DNA of 64,000 nucleotides, from positions 34,658,001 to 34,722,000 of the forward strand of contig NW_025963779.1 in assembly GCF_023055435.1 (NCBI RefSeq), read 5' to 3'. The position numbers and the translations under genes were made by a program. Positions 27,611 to 41,000 of this stretch are shown here, piece after piece. Position 1 is the stretch's first letter. Each line of letters starts with the position of its first letter. A model generated the notes under the pieces. The model made no database searches. It was not told the DNA's origin and saw only the letters and a list, made by a program, of their open reading frames with translations. This stretch comes from Haliotis rufescens (Eukaryota).

Positions 27611-29384
27611 GGGTGGCCCAGTCGTCTAAGGCGCGCCGCGATTCGCTTTGCAGAGCTGCACCATACCCGTGCTCGTGGCTTTCACCGAAGTGGTAAACGT
27701 CTGAGACCTGCATCACTTCGGACTTTCCTCCCACATTAAGCTGACACGCCGCGATATAACTGGAATACTGTTAAAAGCGGTGTTAAACCAAATTCACTCA
27801 CTCTAAGAAAGCAACGCAGCTGTGAAAACAGACAGCGTCCATGAACGTTATGAAGCATTTATTAAGATGACGGAAAGTCGAAAGTAATCTGCATAATGAG
27901 AGATCCAAAACGGAATTTTACTGCATGAGACTATCATCGTTATGCGTATCGAATTGGGGTAAACAGAAGCCGAGACACTGACTTGCACGATAACACAAGA
28001 TTGCACGATAAGTCAAATACGATTCAAATGTGCTATACATGCGGGTAAAAATATAAAATCAATGTAACATAATCGATATATATTTCAAATGAATCATTCT
28101 CGAACCAGTGTCTGCATTGGCAATGATTTGTTTTAGGCGAGTTTGGTTTAAGGCCGCGCTAGGTTAATAATAAAAAAAACCCCTGGTCCAGCGATTATGC
28201 AGTTAGGCGAGAGGATATGGATTCAAACCCAGTGTTGCTCCTATTTCGGTGATGCGACATGGATTATGAGTGGATTTTACAGTTTTTTAAAATATACATT
28301 CCGGCATTAATCAGGATGGGGACACCAAGAAAGTTGTAGCAATTGTAGCAATGTGGGATTCCAACCCGTGTTTCCGACGTGAGACAAACCAACGCTTTAA
28401 CCACTGTTATTCCGCCGTTCCGGCACTGACTTGTTCAAGGCCGTTTACTGGTTTACGGGAGTTGTAGAACAAACTGTCCACTTGTCGAAATAACACTTTA
28501 TGTAATTATAAACTTGTACAAAGAGGGACGTGAGATCCATTGCTTGCGTAGACATTATCTTCCGTTCAAAGAGATTTTTTAACCCTTATTACAAAAGTAC
28601 AAAATTACATTAATTTTCCCTTTCTAGAGCAAGGAACTATATCTGATGAGTTTTTTCTCGGAAAAAATAAATAGTCGGTTTAGTAATTGATTCTAAGTCA
28701 TATGTAAATGTGTAGGGAAATCATGTTTTTATGTTCCTGGTGTTGGTTTCGACATTGTTTTGTTTATATGCATATTTATGCGATATCATTAAAAGCTTCA
28801 TCCACTCAAATTTACGTTGTATTCACACGTTACTCACACAGCAAACGTGCGGTGATGTACCCGAAACAGTAACCCATCTCACTCGGTCACTGCATCCACG
28901 GGTAAAGCGCGTATGTGGGTTTTAACAATTACTTACTTATAAAGTCTTATGAAATAACTAAATCGTTGAATAAAGATGCAGCTTCATATAAACATAAATA
29001 CGATACAGTGTGAATTTAGTGTCTGATATGACACGGCATTGCCAAACATTATCTGGTCGTCTTCGGTTACGAGCGGAATTTCAAGCAAATATTTCTTCAT
29101 CCGTTCCTTTTTTTCTTTCAGTTAGCATATTTACCAGTGTTGTCGGCTCCTCGATCATCCAGCGTGCTATGTCATCATTCCATTGATGAAACACTGGGTA
29201 ATCGAGGATAATAATCACACGTGATTCCCAACAAAAGCAAATTCATGTTTCAGGTTGTCATGTAACCCCAAACATATCTGTTCTAAAAGGGCAATCTGAA
29301 AACAAGGAACAACAACACGACAAGAACCAACAAGGGAAAATTTGACAAGTGGTTCAAGGGAAGTAACTCCATTTGTTGTATTCT

Positions 29385-29403
29385 CCAATGACAGCCAACC
29401 ACG
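29385..29403 (+). promoter_or_regulatory. ER stress response element (ERSE-I), CCAAT-N9-CCACG
   Basis: CCAAT gacagccaa CCACG is an exact consensus match, 35 nt upstream of the SDF2 ATG. It extends into CCACGTG. Confidence 0.75.
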
Positions 29404-29438
29404 TGTGGAGTTGAGCATTACGTGTCTAGTTTTCCAGC

Positions 29439-32400
29439 ATGGCGGCGTTCGTAAAGGAGTTGCTGACTTGGGGTGCTTCACTTTTGTTTTTCTGCGGATT
29501 TATCAAACATGTTTTATCAAGAGGTACACACTTTTAATCTTTCATAGTTGCTGATATATCGTCAGTGATATAATCCTTCAGTGTGCTTTATCTGCCAAGA
29601 TTTCTGATAAGATTGCTAATGACAAACGCTAGCACCGACATGGATAATAAATCCCTGTTCGGGGCAGGTATATGCCAATGAATAAAGGAGACATGTATTG
29701 TAGATGATTTATGTATAGGATGAACAAGAAGACATTAAATAAAGAAAATAGAATTATTTGGGTTTAATTAATTGAAAATATTAGGACGCTCGTTTTATGT
29801 CTACCTTTTGGATAAACCAGTTTATAGTCAAGTCTTACAAGGACAGTCTACAATGTTTAGCTTTAAATCTTATTTTGGAAAAATCATAACAACCCCTCTT
29901 CGGTAAATTTGTAGTTCAATTAATCATTGCATAGGCTTACCATTTGTTTTAAAATAAGTACTTAATTCGCTCGTCTTTTATTTAGATAGTCACTCTTTGT
30001 AAATACTATCTTGATCTCTGTATGTACATATGGTAGGTTTAGCAAGACAAAACTTACATGGTTTATTTTAGTTTTTGTTTGTTTGTTGTTTAACGCTGCA
30101 CTCAGCAATATTCCAGCTATATGACGGCGGTCTGTAAATAATTGAGTCTGGACCAGACAATCCAGTGATTGACATCATGAGCATCGATCAACGCAATTGG
30201 GATCGATGACATGCATCAACCAAGTCAGCGAGTCTGACCACCCGATCCCAGTGTCGCCTCTTACAACAAGCATAGTCGCCTTTTACGGCATGTGTTTTGT
30301 GGATCAAAATAAATGTTATTGTGAACAAGGTTGTGATAACCAGTGCAGTCAACATCATTGTTGAAGTTGAAGGGACCTATACGTAAATAAATCATGTTAA
30401 CTGAGGTTTGACTCCACCGAAAAAAATGAATAAGGAAGGAATATGCAGGGACCAAGTTCAACACAAGGTTCGACACAGCAGTTTTTAACTGTAGGTTCTA
30501 TTTACTTACTCTAATTACCATATCATGATGTGGCAGTGCATCAATATTAACATTTGCTCATAAATAAGTCAATACATCAACAGTTCATCAATTATTTGCC
30601 CTACCTATATAGTACCCTTATTGCTTGTATCATTGCTCATGTTATCAACCCCTGGTTTGCACAACTTGATAATTTGAGGCGAAATGTTGCTGTTATATAC
30701 TGCTTATGCAAACCAACATTTAATCATCAGTTAATCCTTGAAGTAAATGAAAAGAATGTTACTGATGTTAATGCCTTGGTGTAAAATAGAATGCTCTATA
30801 AACTATCTTGTTTCAGAGATGGACTATGAGTTTGTGACATGTGGCTCGACTATGAAGCTGCTCAACACCTACTCCAGTGTCCGCCTGCACTCACATGACG
30901 TGAAATATGGCTCGGGAAGTGGACAGCAGGTAAAGATGGTGCCCCTGTTCTCACAAGTTGTTTATTGCTATTTGAGATACATGTTTATGTACTCTTTGAT
31001 TGAAAAAGTTATGATCCTAAAGCAGTTGGTATAGCAATGCAAACCAAGCTTATTATTTGGGGCAGTGTTCGAAGTAAGTGCCTGCCCATTGGCCTGTAGT
31101 TGGTAGATCTCGTGTCGGGCCCGTAGTTTCAAAGTTCTATTGGTCCCCATGGCCTGCAGTTAAGTACAATGTAATATGTCTATTTATTTGTTGCATTAAG
31201 ATTTAAGTTTTTTAAATGATGGCCTCACAAGTTTCCTCGGGGCCTGCAGCTTATAAAGTCTGAGCGTTCTGATTTTAGCCTGATATTGTTTATTTTTTTT
31301 AAAAACTAGGCACAGGTAGTCAGGCCATTTGCTGCGGAAAGTTGTGTCCGTTAGTTGTGCTAGAATTTGATGATTGTTGTTTAAAATACTGACTGGGATT
31401 CTTGATTTGTCACAAGTGCCTATCTAGGACCTGCACATCTTCAGGATTTCCTCTCATATTTAACTGACTTGCTGTGATTCAACTGAAATGTTGTTCAAAA
31501 CAGCATTAACCTAACTTTCTCCTTCACTATTTGACTCTTGTCTTGAATAATATATGCTGGAATTTCTAGCCTCTGAGGTGAAAATATTATGTGTCTGGTT
31601 GGAATATATCCCCCAGGGGCATTGGAGGTGCCAGTCTGAGATATATATAGGCTTCCAAAATATGTGCCTGTCACACAGAAATTGGGGGAAAAGTTACTTT
31701 GTTAGAAATTGGGATGTCTTTTAAAGTTCTTATTTTGTGGAAATCAGAGATATTTTTACATTCAGTACTCTTCCGGTAATTTTAAACTAAGCGTTTGAAG
31801 CCTCTTACTGTACACTTGTCCTGTTATTGATGGAATCTGTGTCACCTCTGCAAAGCGTTTAACATCATTTATGACTATTATCATGGTAATAAAATGAATT
31901 TTGGAAATAAAATATAATCCAATTTCCAGTGTCCAAGTGAAATTGCCTGAAAATTGCCAAAGCGGCATGAAAAATACTCATTCACACTAATGTTAATCAC
32001 TGATCCTAACAATCTTTTTGTAAATTCATGAAAATACAACTTTACCTTATTAAATTTTTTAGATGGATGTATTTTTGATGAGAACTTTCCTTCCAAAAAA
32101 TATACTTCTCAAGATGTTGTTGTTGTTGTACTTGATATTAAAATAATGCCATCTTAGGATTTTTGCCCAAACTATTAACCTGTCTTCTGTCTCTGCCTTT
32201 TCTGCTGTTTCATGCTGTTTGTTGTTTTGTTAGTCGGTGACTGGTGTCGACTCATCTGATGATCACAACAGCTACTGGCAGATCCGGGGCAAGACCGGAG
32301 CTACGTGTATGCGAGGGTAAGGGGAGACAATCAACTTGGTTGACATGATTTCTGGTTTGACTGTTTTAGACATGATTAATTACAGGCTCCAATGAAATGG

Positions 32401-35400
32401 CAGGACTTCTGCAGTGTAAAAGAAACAAACTTTCTGAGGAGCCCTTATTTTCTGTTCACAACATCACATGGTGAAAATTCATTCTTCATATGTGGTATAA
32501 ATGCAGCTTGTGCCACAAGTTTTGAGTCTGCCAGCTCAAACTTTGCTCTTAGCATAACTATTTAATGACTATGTACTGTATGTAAGAAATAAACCACGAG
32601 TGTGAGTTGTACAAAGAAACACTGCAGGGAGAATAAACCATGAGGGGTGCAGTGCCAAGTGGTTTATTCTCTCTGCAGTGTTTTATTTTCGATAAACAAT
32701 GACACAAGTCGTTCATTTCTTATATGAAATACAAATATTATGTACAGCCTCTTAAGGATGTTATTAAAATATACAAGCTTTAAAAATATTTACCCATATT
32801 TCAATAATGACACCCTGAATAGAATCTGACCTCGGCAATGTCGGACAAGTCCATTTTATGGAAGGGGGCAGAGTAAATTAATTTGGTATTTCCCGCATAT
32901 TCTCACAATTTGCATGCTGATTATCTGTACCTTTACCCCACAATTAGATGCGATCGTTTGGCAGCTGCGTTTATCTACGCTGCCCAGCTACATCTATAGG
33001 GGAACAGCTCACTAGATATCCCTCTTCAAAATAAAATCGTCCTATTTACAATGTCATGAAATTGTGAGCGCATTTTCGAATTTCCAGAAATTCATGATAG
33101 AACAATGTTTTATCGTGAAATAAACCATGCTTTGTTCTCCATGATTTATTGCATAGCTATCTTTTATTACAATATAAAATGTATCTGCCATGTATGGACT
33201 ACTATTCTGGACAAAACAGAATTTTACTTGAATCGGCCTTTGGACGAGTGGTTATGGTCGCAGACTGTAAATGGTATTTTCAAATTGATTGTGATTAAAA
33301 GTAAATGCAGTAAACAGCAACCCACATTGTCGTTTATTATCCCCCAGGCATATACTGCTGGGGGATATAGCGATCAGCCAGTCTGTCCGTCTGTCCGTCC
33401 GTAATCATTTCCTTTTCCGGGGCAGAATTCCAAAACCATTCAGTGTATTTGATCGAAACTTGGCAAATCTATCAGGCACATACTGAAGTGGTGCCTTTTG
33501 ATATTTTGGGATTTTTCTAATTTTTAATTTTTTAAATTTTTATGGAATGAAGTTGGACATAGACTCAATTGGGGATGGGGTTCGTTTCCGGGGCAGTATT
33601 CGAAAACCATTCAGTGTATTTGAGCGAAACTTGGCAAAGCTATCAGGCACATACCGAAGTGGTGCCTTTTGATATTTTGGGATTTTTCTAATTTTTATTT
33701 TTTACAATTTTTATATTGAAAGAAGTTGGACCTAGACTCCATTGGGGAACGGGTTCGTTTCCGGGCCAGAATTTGAAAACCATTCAGTGGGTAAACAATT
33801 TTTGCTTCTTAAAGAACATTGAACTGTTAACTCATTACATAGAGAATTGCACATTTACTAGTGGTTACTTTACAGACAGCTGTCGGGGGGATATGTCATC
33901 TTTCTGATGACTCTTGTCTTATTTTTGCAGGAGTCCGGTGAAATGTGGCCAGACAATCCGTCTGATGCACTTATCAACAAAACGTAATTTACACAGTCAT
34001 CACTTCCAGTCTCCTCTGTCTCACAACCTGGAGGTCAGTGCCTTTGGGGAGGAAGGAGAGGGCGATGAAGGTCAGTACGGGCGGGAAATTGTTTATAACA
34101 TTATTTAGTTATGGCCAATCAAAACCCTCTATGACTGTCACCGTAGGGTTTACTTCTACATTATATAGATACGCTGATAGATCAGAAATACTGATCAAAG
34201 TGACCTTAGAACAAACTCATTCATGGACTCCCTTAGATGATGACAGCCCAATAGATTGGATGTTGGCCAGTTTTGCAGGAAGTGCTAGACTTTCATGCAC
34301 AGAGTGATCGTAGTGCTATATGTCATAAATAATTGATATGGGTTTGATTCTTTGTTAAGAAGGGGACATTGTCTTAGCACAACCATTACTTCCAAGTACG
34401 GCGTAGTTTGTTTCATAACACTGGTAAAATATGTCAGGTTCATTCATTAATCATCACTGAGATGATTATCCCATGCCTGGTCTAGTGGATAGAGTGTCTC
34501 CCTTGGGAGGGGAAGGTTGGTGGTTCGATATCTGGCCGTGTGATACCGAAAGGTGTTAAACGATAGTCCTTTTTTGTTTATTGTTTAGCACCACACTCAG
34601 AAATATTCCAGGTAAATGATGGCGGTCTGTAAATAATGAAGCCTGGACCAGACAATCCAGTGATTAATATCATGAGCATTGATCCGTGCAATTGGGATAC
34701 GATGACATGCATCAACCAAGTCAGCAAGCCTAACCACCAGATCCATTCTTTTTCCCTCTTACGACAAGCGTGGGTTTCTGAAGATACTTGTTGTTTTTCT
34801 GGGTGCTGCTTTGTATTAAGGGGATTTAAAAAGATTGGTCAGATAGGAGTCAGTATATTGTCCCTGAGTGGGGTATCCATGTTAAACTGTTCAACATGCC
34901 AGGAGATGGTTGTGAAGTTCCCAAGTGGCAGAAAACTAACGCCTTCACTCCTTTGTTTATTATTAAGCCTTCTTTGTCTTGCTATTGATATGTTGTTGGG
35001 CATGCTGCTGCAGGTGACAACTGGGTGATTGTGTGCAGCACCAAGCACTGGAGCAGGAGAGACAAAATCAGGATCAAGAATGTCGTCACAGAGCAGTGAG
35101 TACTCAAGCCATTCCCCCAGGGGAGTTTGAGCAGACCCCCAACACCCATGCTGGTCATAACAGCCCACTGAATTACAGAATGGCTGGTTACAATGTCTGA
35201 CCTTGCAAATTGTTGGCCGTCATGCCCACACTCAATGGATTGTTGTTCATACTATCCACCACTGCTTTGCTTCAGCCTGACTGGGGCGGTCGGGTAGCCT
35301 AGTGGTTAAAGCGTTCGCTCGTCACGCCAAAGACCCGGGTTCGATTCCCGACATGGGTACAATGTGTGAAGCTCATTTCTGGTGTCCCCCGCCGTGATAT

Positions 35401-36272
35401 TGCTGGAATATTACTAAAAGCGGCATAAAACCATACTCACTCACTCACTTGAGCCTGACTAACTATGGTGAAAAACAAAATGATTATTCTTGATAGGGAT
35501 ATTCCAGTTATTCTATAATACACAAACTGATCACTTGTATTAAATATGTTTGTAAATATTATGAAATAACACTGTATCTGCATGACTTATCATGCTTATA
35601 CTTGCATCAGTTTTACTTGTTAAACTGCATGTCCAGAATGGTCAATGAATTCCTGGCTCTGAATAAACTACAACAATGGCATGACGCCATCATGATAATG
35701 GTGTTAGCCTCAGTCAACTCAGGAGCATATATGCCATGAATCATGTGATCCCAGCCTTTTCACTGATAACTAACAGACTGACAGCCTCAACATAAATAAC
35801 ATATTCAGTCATTCTTTCATGTTACAAATCAAACAGGCTCACATTAAGTCTCTGAAATGAAATATTTTGTAGAGAGTTATATGAGATAAATTGTCTTTGA
35901 TATATAAGGTTGAAGGAGCCCAGAGAATCTCTTCATTTTCTGGAAACTGAGGAAATCTATACTTGCCAAAGTCTTGTAGACCTGCTGGGTAATTTCAGAT
36001 GTGATTGTTTCAAGATCTCTATGAGAGACTACAAACCATACTCTATTGTTTGAACTTCACTACTGCCCTCCCTTAAGTGTTGTGTTTTGTATTCCAGTTA
36101 CTTACATGTGAGCGGTGACAGCTATGGCCGTCCGATCCACGGACAGCGCGAGGTCAGCGGCTACCCCACACCATCCGAGATGAACTACTGGATAGTCAAT
36201 GAGGGCATCTTTATCAAGCCGGCCAATGATCCCAACACAGGGAAACTCATGCATGATCATGATGAGCTTTAA
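29439..36272 (+). CDS. SDF2: Stromal cell-derived factor 2 / SDF2L1-like (3 MIR domains, signal peptide, HDEL), 6 exons, 225 aa
   Basis: Exons 29439-29523, 30817-30929, 32234-32316, 33931-34070, 35014-35095 and 36098-36272. All introns are GT-AG with consistent phases (678 nt total). The protein contains VTCGSTMKL, RLHSHDVKYGSGSGQQSVTG, NSYWQIRG, CGQTIRLMH, NLHSHHFQSPLS, EVSAFG, YGRPIHGQREV, EGIFIKP and HDEL*. Confidence 0.95.
30075..30295 (-). mobile_element. Family B retroposon copy in SDF2 intron 1
   Basis: Matches 49626-49850. Confidence 0.85.
32582..33200. mobile_element. Non-autonomous DNA element with a long terminal hairpin (class uncertain)
   Basis: AAACACTGCAGGGAGAATAAACCA...TGGTTTATTCTCTCTGCAGTGTTT stem at 32616-32683. 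GAAATAAACCA recurs at 33117. Confidence 0.4.
33333..33917 (+). mobile_element. Helentron-type non-autonomous element (HINE/DINE-1-like)
   Basis: 5' TTATCCCCC...GGGGGATAT inverted pair, (GTCY)n microsatellite, ~2.2 internal ~172-bp tandem repeats (33415, 33586, 33759), and 3' GGGGGATAT + hairpin GTCATC-tttct-GATGAC + TCTTGT. Confidence 0.75.
35283..35448 (+). mobile_element. tRNA-derived SINE family A, full length, with TSD
   Basis: A box (GTAGCCTAGTGG), GTC anticodon-like loop, B box (GGTTCGATTCC), (ACTC)n tail and AGCCTGACT direct repeats on both sides. Confidence 0.9.
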
Positions 36273-37935
36273 TACAACACCATATTAGGACAAAACTTTG
36301 TACATTACCATATAACTATATTTGTTTATCTACAAATGTGTTGATGAATTAGACTCATATGTTTGTTGTTTTTTATATTTTGTAACCGTCTACAGAAAGT
36401 ACCGAAAGTTTCTTGTTGAACGAATACTTTGAATTGAGCCACAAAACGTTCTGTCTTGTTTCCCATTGTTGTGGATTACCTCCCTTTGATGGACATGATT
36501 GGCTTGTTTCTGTCCTGCAGTGAATGTGTTGTCTGGATTTGATTTATCAATATTTGTATTTATTTTTGAAACAAATATAATAAGATCCACACTGAGTGAT
36601 GTTTCTTGCACTTTAAAAAAAATAAGGTGTTATGAGATGCAGGGTTAGAAATTAATTTTTATTTTCACAAGTCCACAAGAATCATCTACAAAGTGGTTGT
36701 CCAAAAGGAAATGTCATCAGTCCATTCTGAAGTGGATTATTCTCAGACTGGCAGATTTATGTCAGTTTTGAACAGTGGGTTAGTTAAATTTCATATGTGA
36801 ATTTATTTTGAGGTTTAGAAAGTTTGTATTCATATCTTAATCTAGTTCCATCAATCCTGCTGTTTGTGACACCGGAACTCTGACCTGTGGATATATAGAG
36901 GTAAAGGGCAGATATATGTACATTGGACGAGTATACCAAGGTTACATTAACAGGGCATTTTACTGAAAGATTGGTAAGAATGCAGTCAAAGTGTTGTCAG
37001 AGGTGCAGTTGCTTTTTTGATAGCACATGTTTTTATAGAGATATAATTTGTCTACATTTAATTCTGTGATTGAGTATATTTGTTTATTTTGTGGGATAGC
37101 TGAGTGTTTCCCTGTGTTCATCAAGGACAGGTTTGGGGTGTCATACCCTACAATGGTTTCTGCTCAATCTGTGTCCCTGCCTTGTTACAGTACTACAGTA
37201 CTGTGTTAGCAGCTTCTCTTATTGAAGGTAGGCCTGTAATAATTCAGTTTGTCATGATACAAATCATACAATATACATGTGTATCTTGATATATGTGTCT
37301 GCCCAGAGAGGGGAAGATCTGTGGTCTGATCTCTAGTTGTGTCATACTGAAAGAAGTTAAAAGATGGTACTTATTGTTACCCTGCCAATCTTTTGGCAAA
37401 AAGGGGATGAAACTAGGACTGGTTGGCGCGGATTCAGTATACAGTGTCCGAGTGGGATATCAATGTTAACTGTGGCATAGTTTCTCAGTGGGCTGGAACT
37501 ATTAAACCGGCATTAGTCCGGACTAGTACAAGCAGCCATATATTTGACCTTACATTAATATATAACTTAGTTTTAAGGTCGTGATACATATTCATCTCAG
37601 TATAAGGTAGAGATACGATATATGTTTAAAGGTCGCAATGCAATACATGCCTTATTTATTAGTGAATATTTTGATAATATACAGTTGAGTCTAATTCATT
37701 AATACTTAATCTATTAACAAACAAAATGTCAGAGGGCGTTGTTCCATCATCATCAGATTCATTTGTTTTGTGTCCATGAGTATCTTTATACTTTGTTTCT
37801 TTGAAAAGTGATTGTCTCAAAAGTCAATAGTACCACCTTGAGAGGATGTAATCTTTGTATCTATGCTATTATTTAAAAAAAGTGGGTATACAACTTTTGA
37901 CTGGGGTGTTATGACTGAGGTGTATACATTAAGAC

Positions 37936-38048
37936 CAGGGCCCACTTGCACAAAGCGATCTTAGCGCTAAGATGATCGTAACTCCCATACTTTAACATAA
38001 GCTTACAATAGTCCTAGCACTAAGATTGCTTTGTGCAAGTGAGCCCTG
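37936..38048. mobile_element. Fold-back MITE (PIF/Harbinger-like)
   Basis: ~34-bp imperfect TIR CAGGGCCCACTTGCACAAAGCGATCTTAGCGCTA / TAGCACTAAGATTGCTTTGTGCAAGTGAGCCCTG. Related fragments at ~48980-49040 and ~53150-53225. Confidence 0.75.
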
Positions 38049-41000
38049 TTCAGTATCTAATTTTACTCCCAGCTATAGTGGAACATACCGGGGTAAGTAG
38101 GATTTCAGAATTGGTAATGTTAATACATAGATGCCATCCATGGTATATTTTGAAACCTATCAAGCGAAAGGGCTGATATTTCAGAAGCTTCTTTATGTAC
38201 TTTGCTAGTAAATGTCACTAGTGACATTGATTTTAAAGTATACTTTTCCAATCGTATGTTTTCAAGTTGATAATCCAGTTCACAGCAAAATTAGAATATT
38301 TCATCTTTGGCAAAATATTGGTTGGAATTAGCAAGTCACAGATGCAGCTCATACAGGAGTCTAGTTATCTGTTTTATTTCATTAGGTGGTTAACAAAACT
38401 GACCAAACTGAATTAAATTAGAGAGGCCTTATTTTGTTCAGCTATCTCTGTGTCGTCCCAGAAAGCTAGGGCACTACAACTGAAACGTGAAACTCAGTCT
38501 TGCCAAGTGTTGTTTTCATCCAGTTTTAAATGTATGTTTATTTGGATGTTGATTTCTGTTCTTTTCAACTACCTATATTGAATTTTGGGGCGAAAACATT
38601 GTAAACTAACCAACAAAAAGTAAAAGGCTCTTGAAGGTTCTTGGTGATAACAAATATATATTTCTTGTTTTGTCTGCAATGCAAAACTTGCACTGTGCAA
38701 CATAAATTATTTTGAAATTTCACCTCAACAGATTTGGCATTTCAGATGCCCAACACAAATTATAGATTTTAGTACATACATGTATACAAAAGGATGATCA
38801 CTCAGTCAGTATCTGTCAATGTCATCAATCATGAGAATTCCTTAACTGTATTAAAAAGACAAAGTGATATACTAGTATGTATGAATTTGGGTGACAGATT
38901 TTCAGTTGTTAGCGGATTTTCCGCTGACTTTGTGAACAGGTCAAGCTTGGGTGAATGCTGTGTGACACTGCATGGTTGCCATGGATTTGTGGTGCATGTG
39001 CTGGATGTGAATGTTAGGATTGTTTGGAGGAAACCTTCCCTGTATCATCTGATGTTGGTGCTTCTTAACCTCTTTTGTTTTCTGGTGTATTTATTTCAAG
39101 GTTACAACTGTAAATATATCTATGTAGTGATCATGGTGATGATTGTTCTTTTCAACTAATAATGTGTTGGTTGAATGTATTTGTGAGTAACAGAATTGGG
39201 CAGAGGGTAGAAGTGGTACTACAATCGAAGTGTTTTTCTGTATAAATCTATTTATCCTTGTTCGGGGCTGATACATCACATGACACTGCCCTACTTTTGA
39301 ATATTGTGTTTGAACTCATTAATTGTTAAAGTTGTGAGGAATCTTTTCAGAAGGTCTGTTTTAAGAAAGAATGAAGATTTGAATGAAACGGAAACATGAT
39401 ACTTCTATTCACTGAACATGGGAATTCATCGCCAATAAAGGCCCCCACCAGACTGTGCATGGGTACTCAAGCTTCATCATTATAAGCAAGATAATCCTTT
39501 TTGGGGGGAAAAAACATGAAAAACTTCAGATCCTGGTTAGCAACCCTTTCCATCTTAAATCTACTTTAGAAAAGAGGTCCTCTGCCTGAAAATCCTTTTC
39601 AACTACCGGTAATTGCCTCTGGATCATTTGTGCAGTGGCCTGTATATTCAAATTTAGGTAGACTGATGATCATTCATTAATTTAACTCCATCATGAGTGA
39701 AGCTGTATCTTGATGTGCAGAGTTGCATCCCTTGGCTGCCAGGATCTGCTGGTCATGAGGCAGACTTCAAGAATCTGCCATGTTGTGATCCCTGGTCTGT
39801 CAGTTTGGGGGTTTCTTAGATTGCCGGAGCGTTACACCCTGTGTCATCTTGAGCTTCCTTCACACATGCCTGGTATTACAACCATCGTTCAAACCCAACT
39901 TAAGATGTATACCTCAAGAAGTGAATCAAACTGAATCCTGGCTTCATTCATTTTATTGTCCCTCAGATCACCTGTTTTACCATGTTATGTGTTGATAGGG
40001 ATTTAGTCTATTTTGTTGTCATTTACATTTTCTGTTGTTGAGAATGTTTGCTATTGTACATACATGTGTACATGACGAAGATAAGCCTTGTTCAGGATAT
40101 GTTGCTGATGTTGTAACAACATTCAGAGGTGTGCAAGAGTGAGTGAAATAAAGTGTAATTTAAAGTTTCTTGTAATGTCATTCATTCCATGTGGAGGGTA
40201 CTCTGTACCTTACCAAAAGCGGTCCAGCAACCCGTGGTTTAGAGGTGCTTTGATTCAAGTACCGAACAAGCCAAGACCTGGGTGGCCTAGTGGATAGAAT
40301 GTCTGCCTGGAGAGGGGAAGTCAGTAGTTTGATCCTGACAGTGGCATACCAAAAGATGTTAAAAGAAGGTACATATTGTTACCCTGCCTTTTGCTCGGTA
40401 TTAAGAGGATAAGTGCAGTGATCTTGAAGGCAATGTTAAACCACATGTCACCTCACCTGCAACAAACCTTGAATATGTTGGTTACTATGGTCATGGGTGG
40501 ATGAGCCTCTCTACAGACTTGCTAAAACAATCACAAATTTGTTCAAGAGGTTAAAACAGTATATAAAGACTCCCTGATACTGTTCAAAGCAGTGTAAAAC
40601 CAGAATCCCTCACTCCCACATTAACTGACAGGCCATATAACTGAAAGGCTGTTTCAAGCAGCCTTAAACCCATCTCAAATATTGGAGATTTAATATTAGA
40701 CACTGGAGGGCGTTCTTCATCCTCGGCTTTTATTCGCAAAGGTAATAATGGGGAGAAATCTGTGTATAAAAAGTACCCGACGTTTCATCGACTAGATGTT
40801 TGTTTAATCAAGGAAATATGGTAATCACGATTACTCTGCAGATTAACTTGATACCCCTTATATTAAAAACAGGAGGTATATATAACAACAAAAATAAGCA
40901 AACTATCAGTTCCACACTTGTGTTAATTGGTTTGATAAAAATTGTAAATGCCATAACCTGCGACACTTTGGCTTTCATTCCATGTTGAGCTGTCATGCAA

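Noticed and set aside
35283-35360. tRNA-Asp-like gene (also 48197, 51660, 53279, 16200-16466) and tRNA-Leu-like heads at 50.5-50.9 kb
   Set aside because: Each continues into a shared body and microsatellite tail, often with TSDs. They are SINE heads, not tRNA genes.
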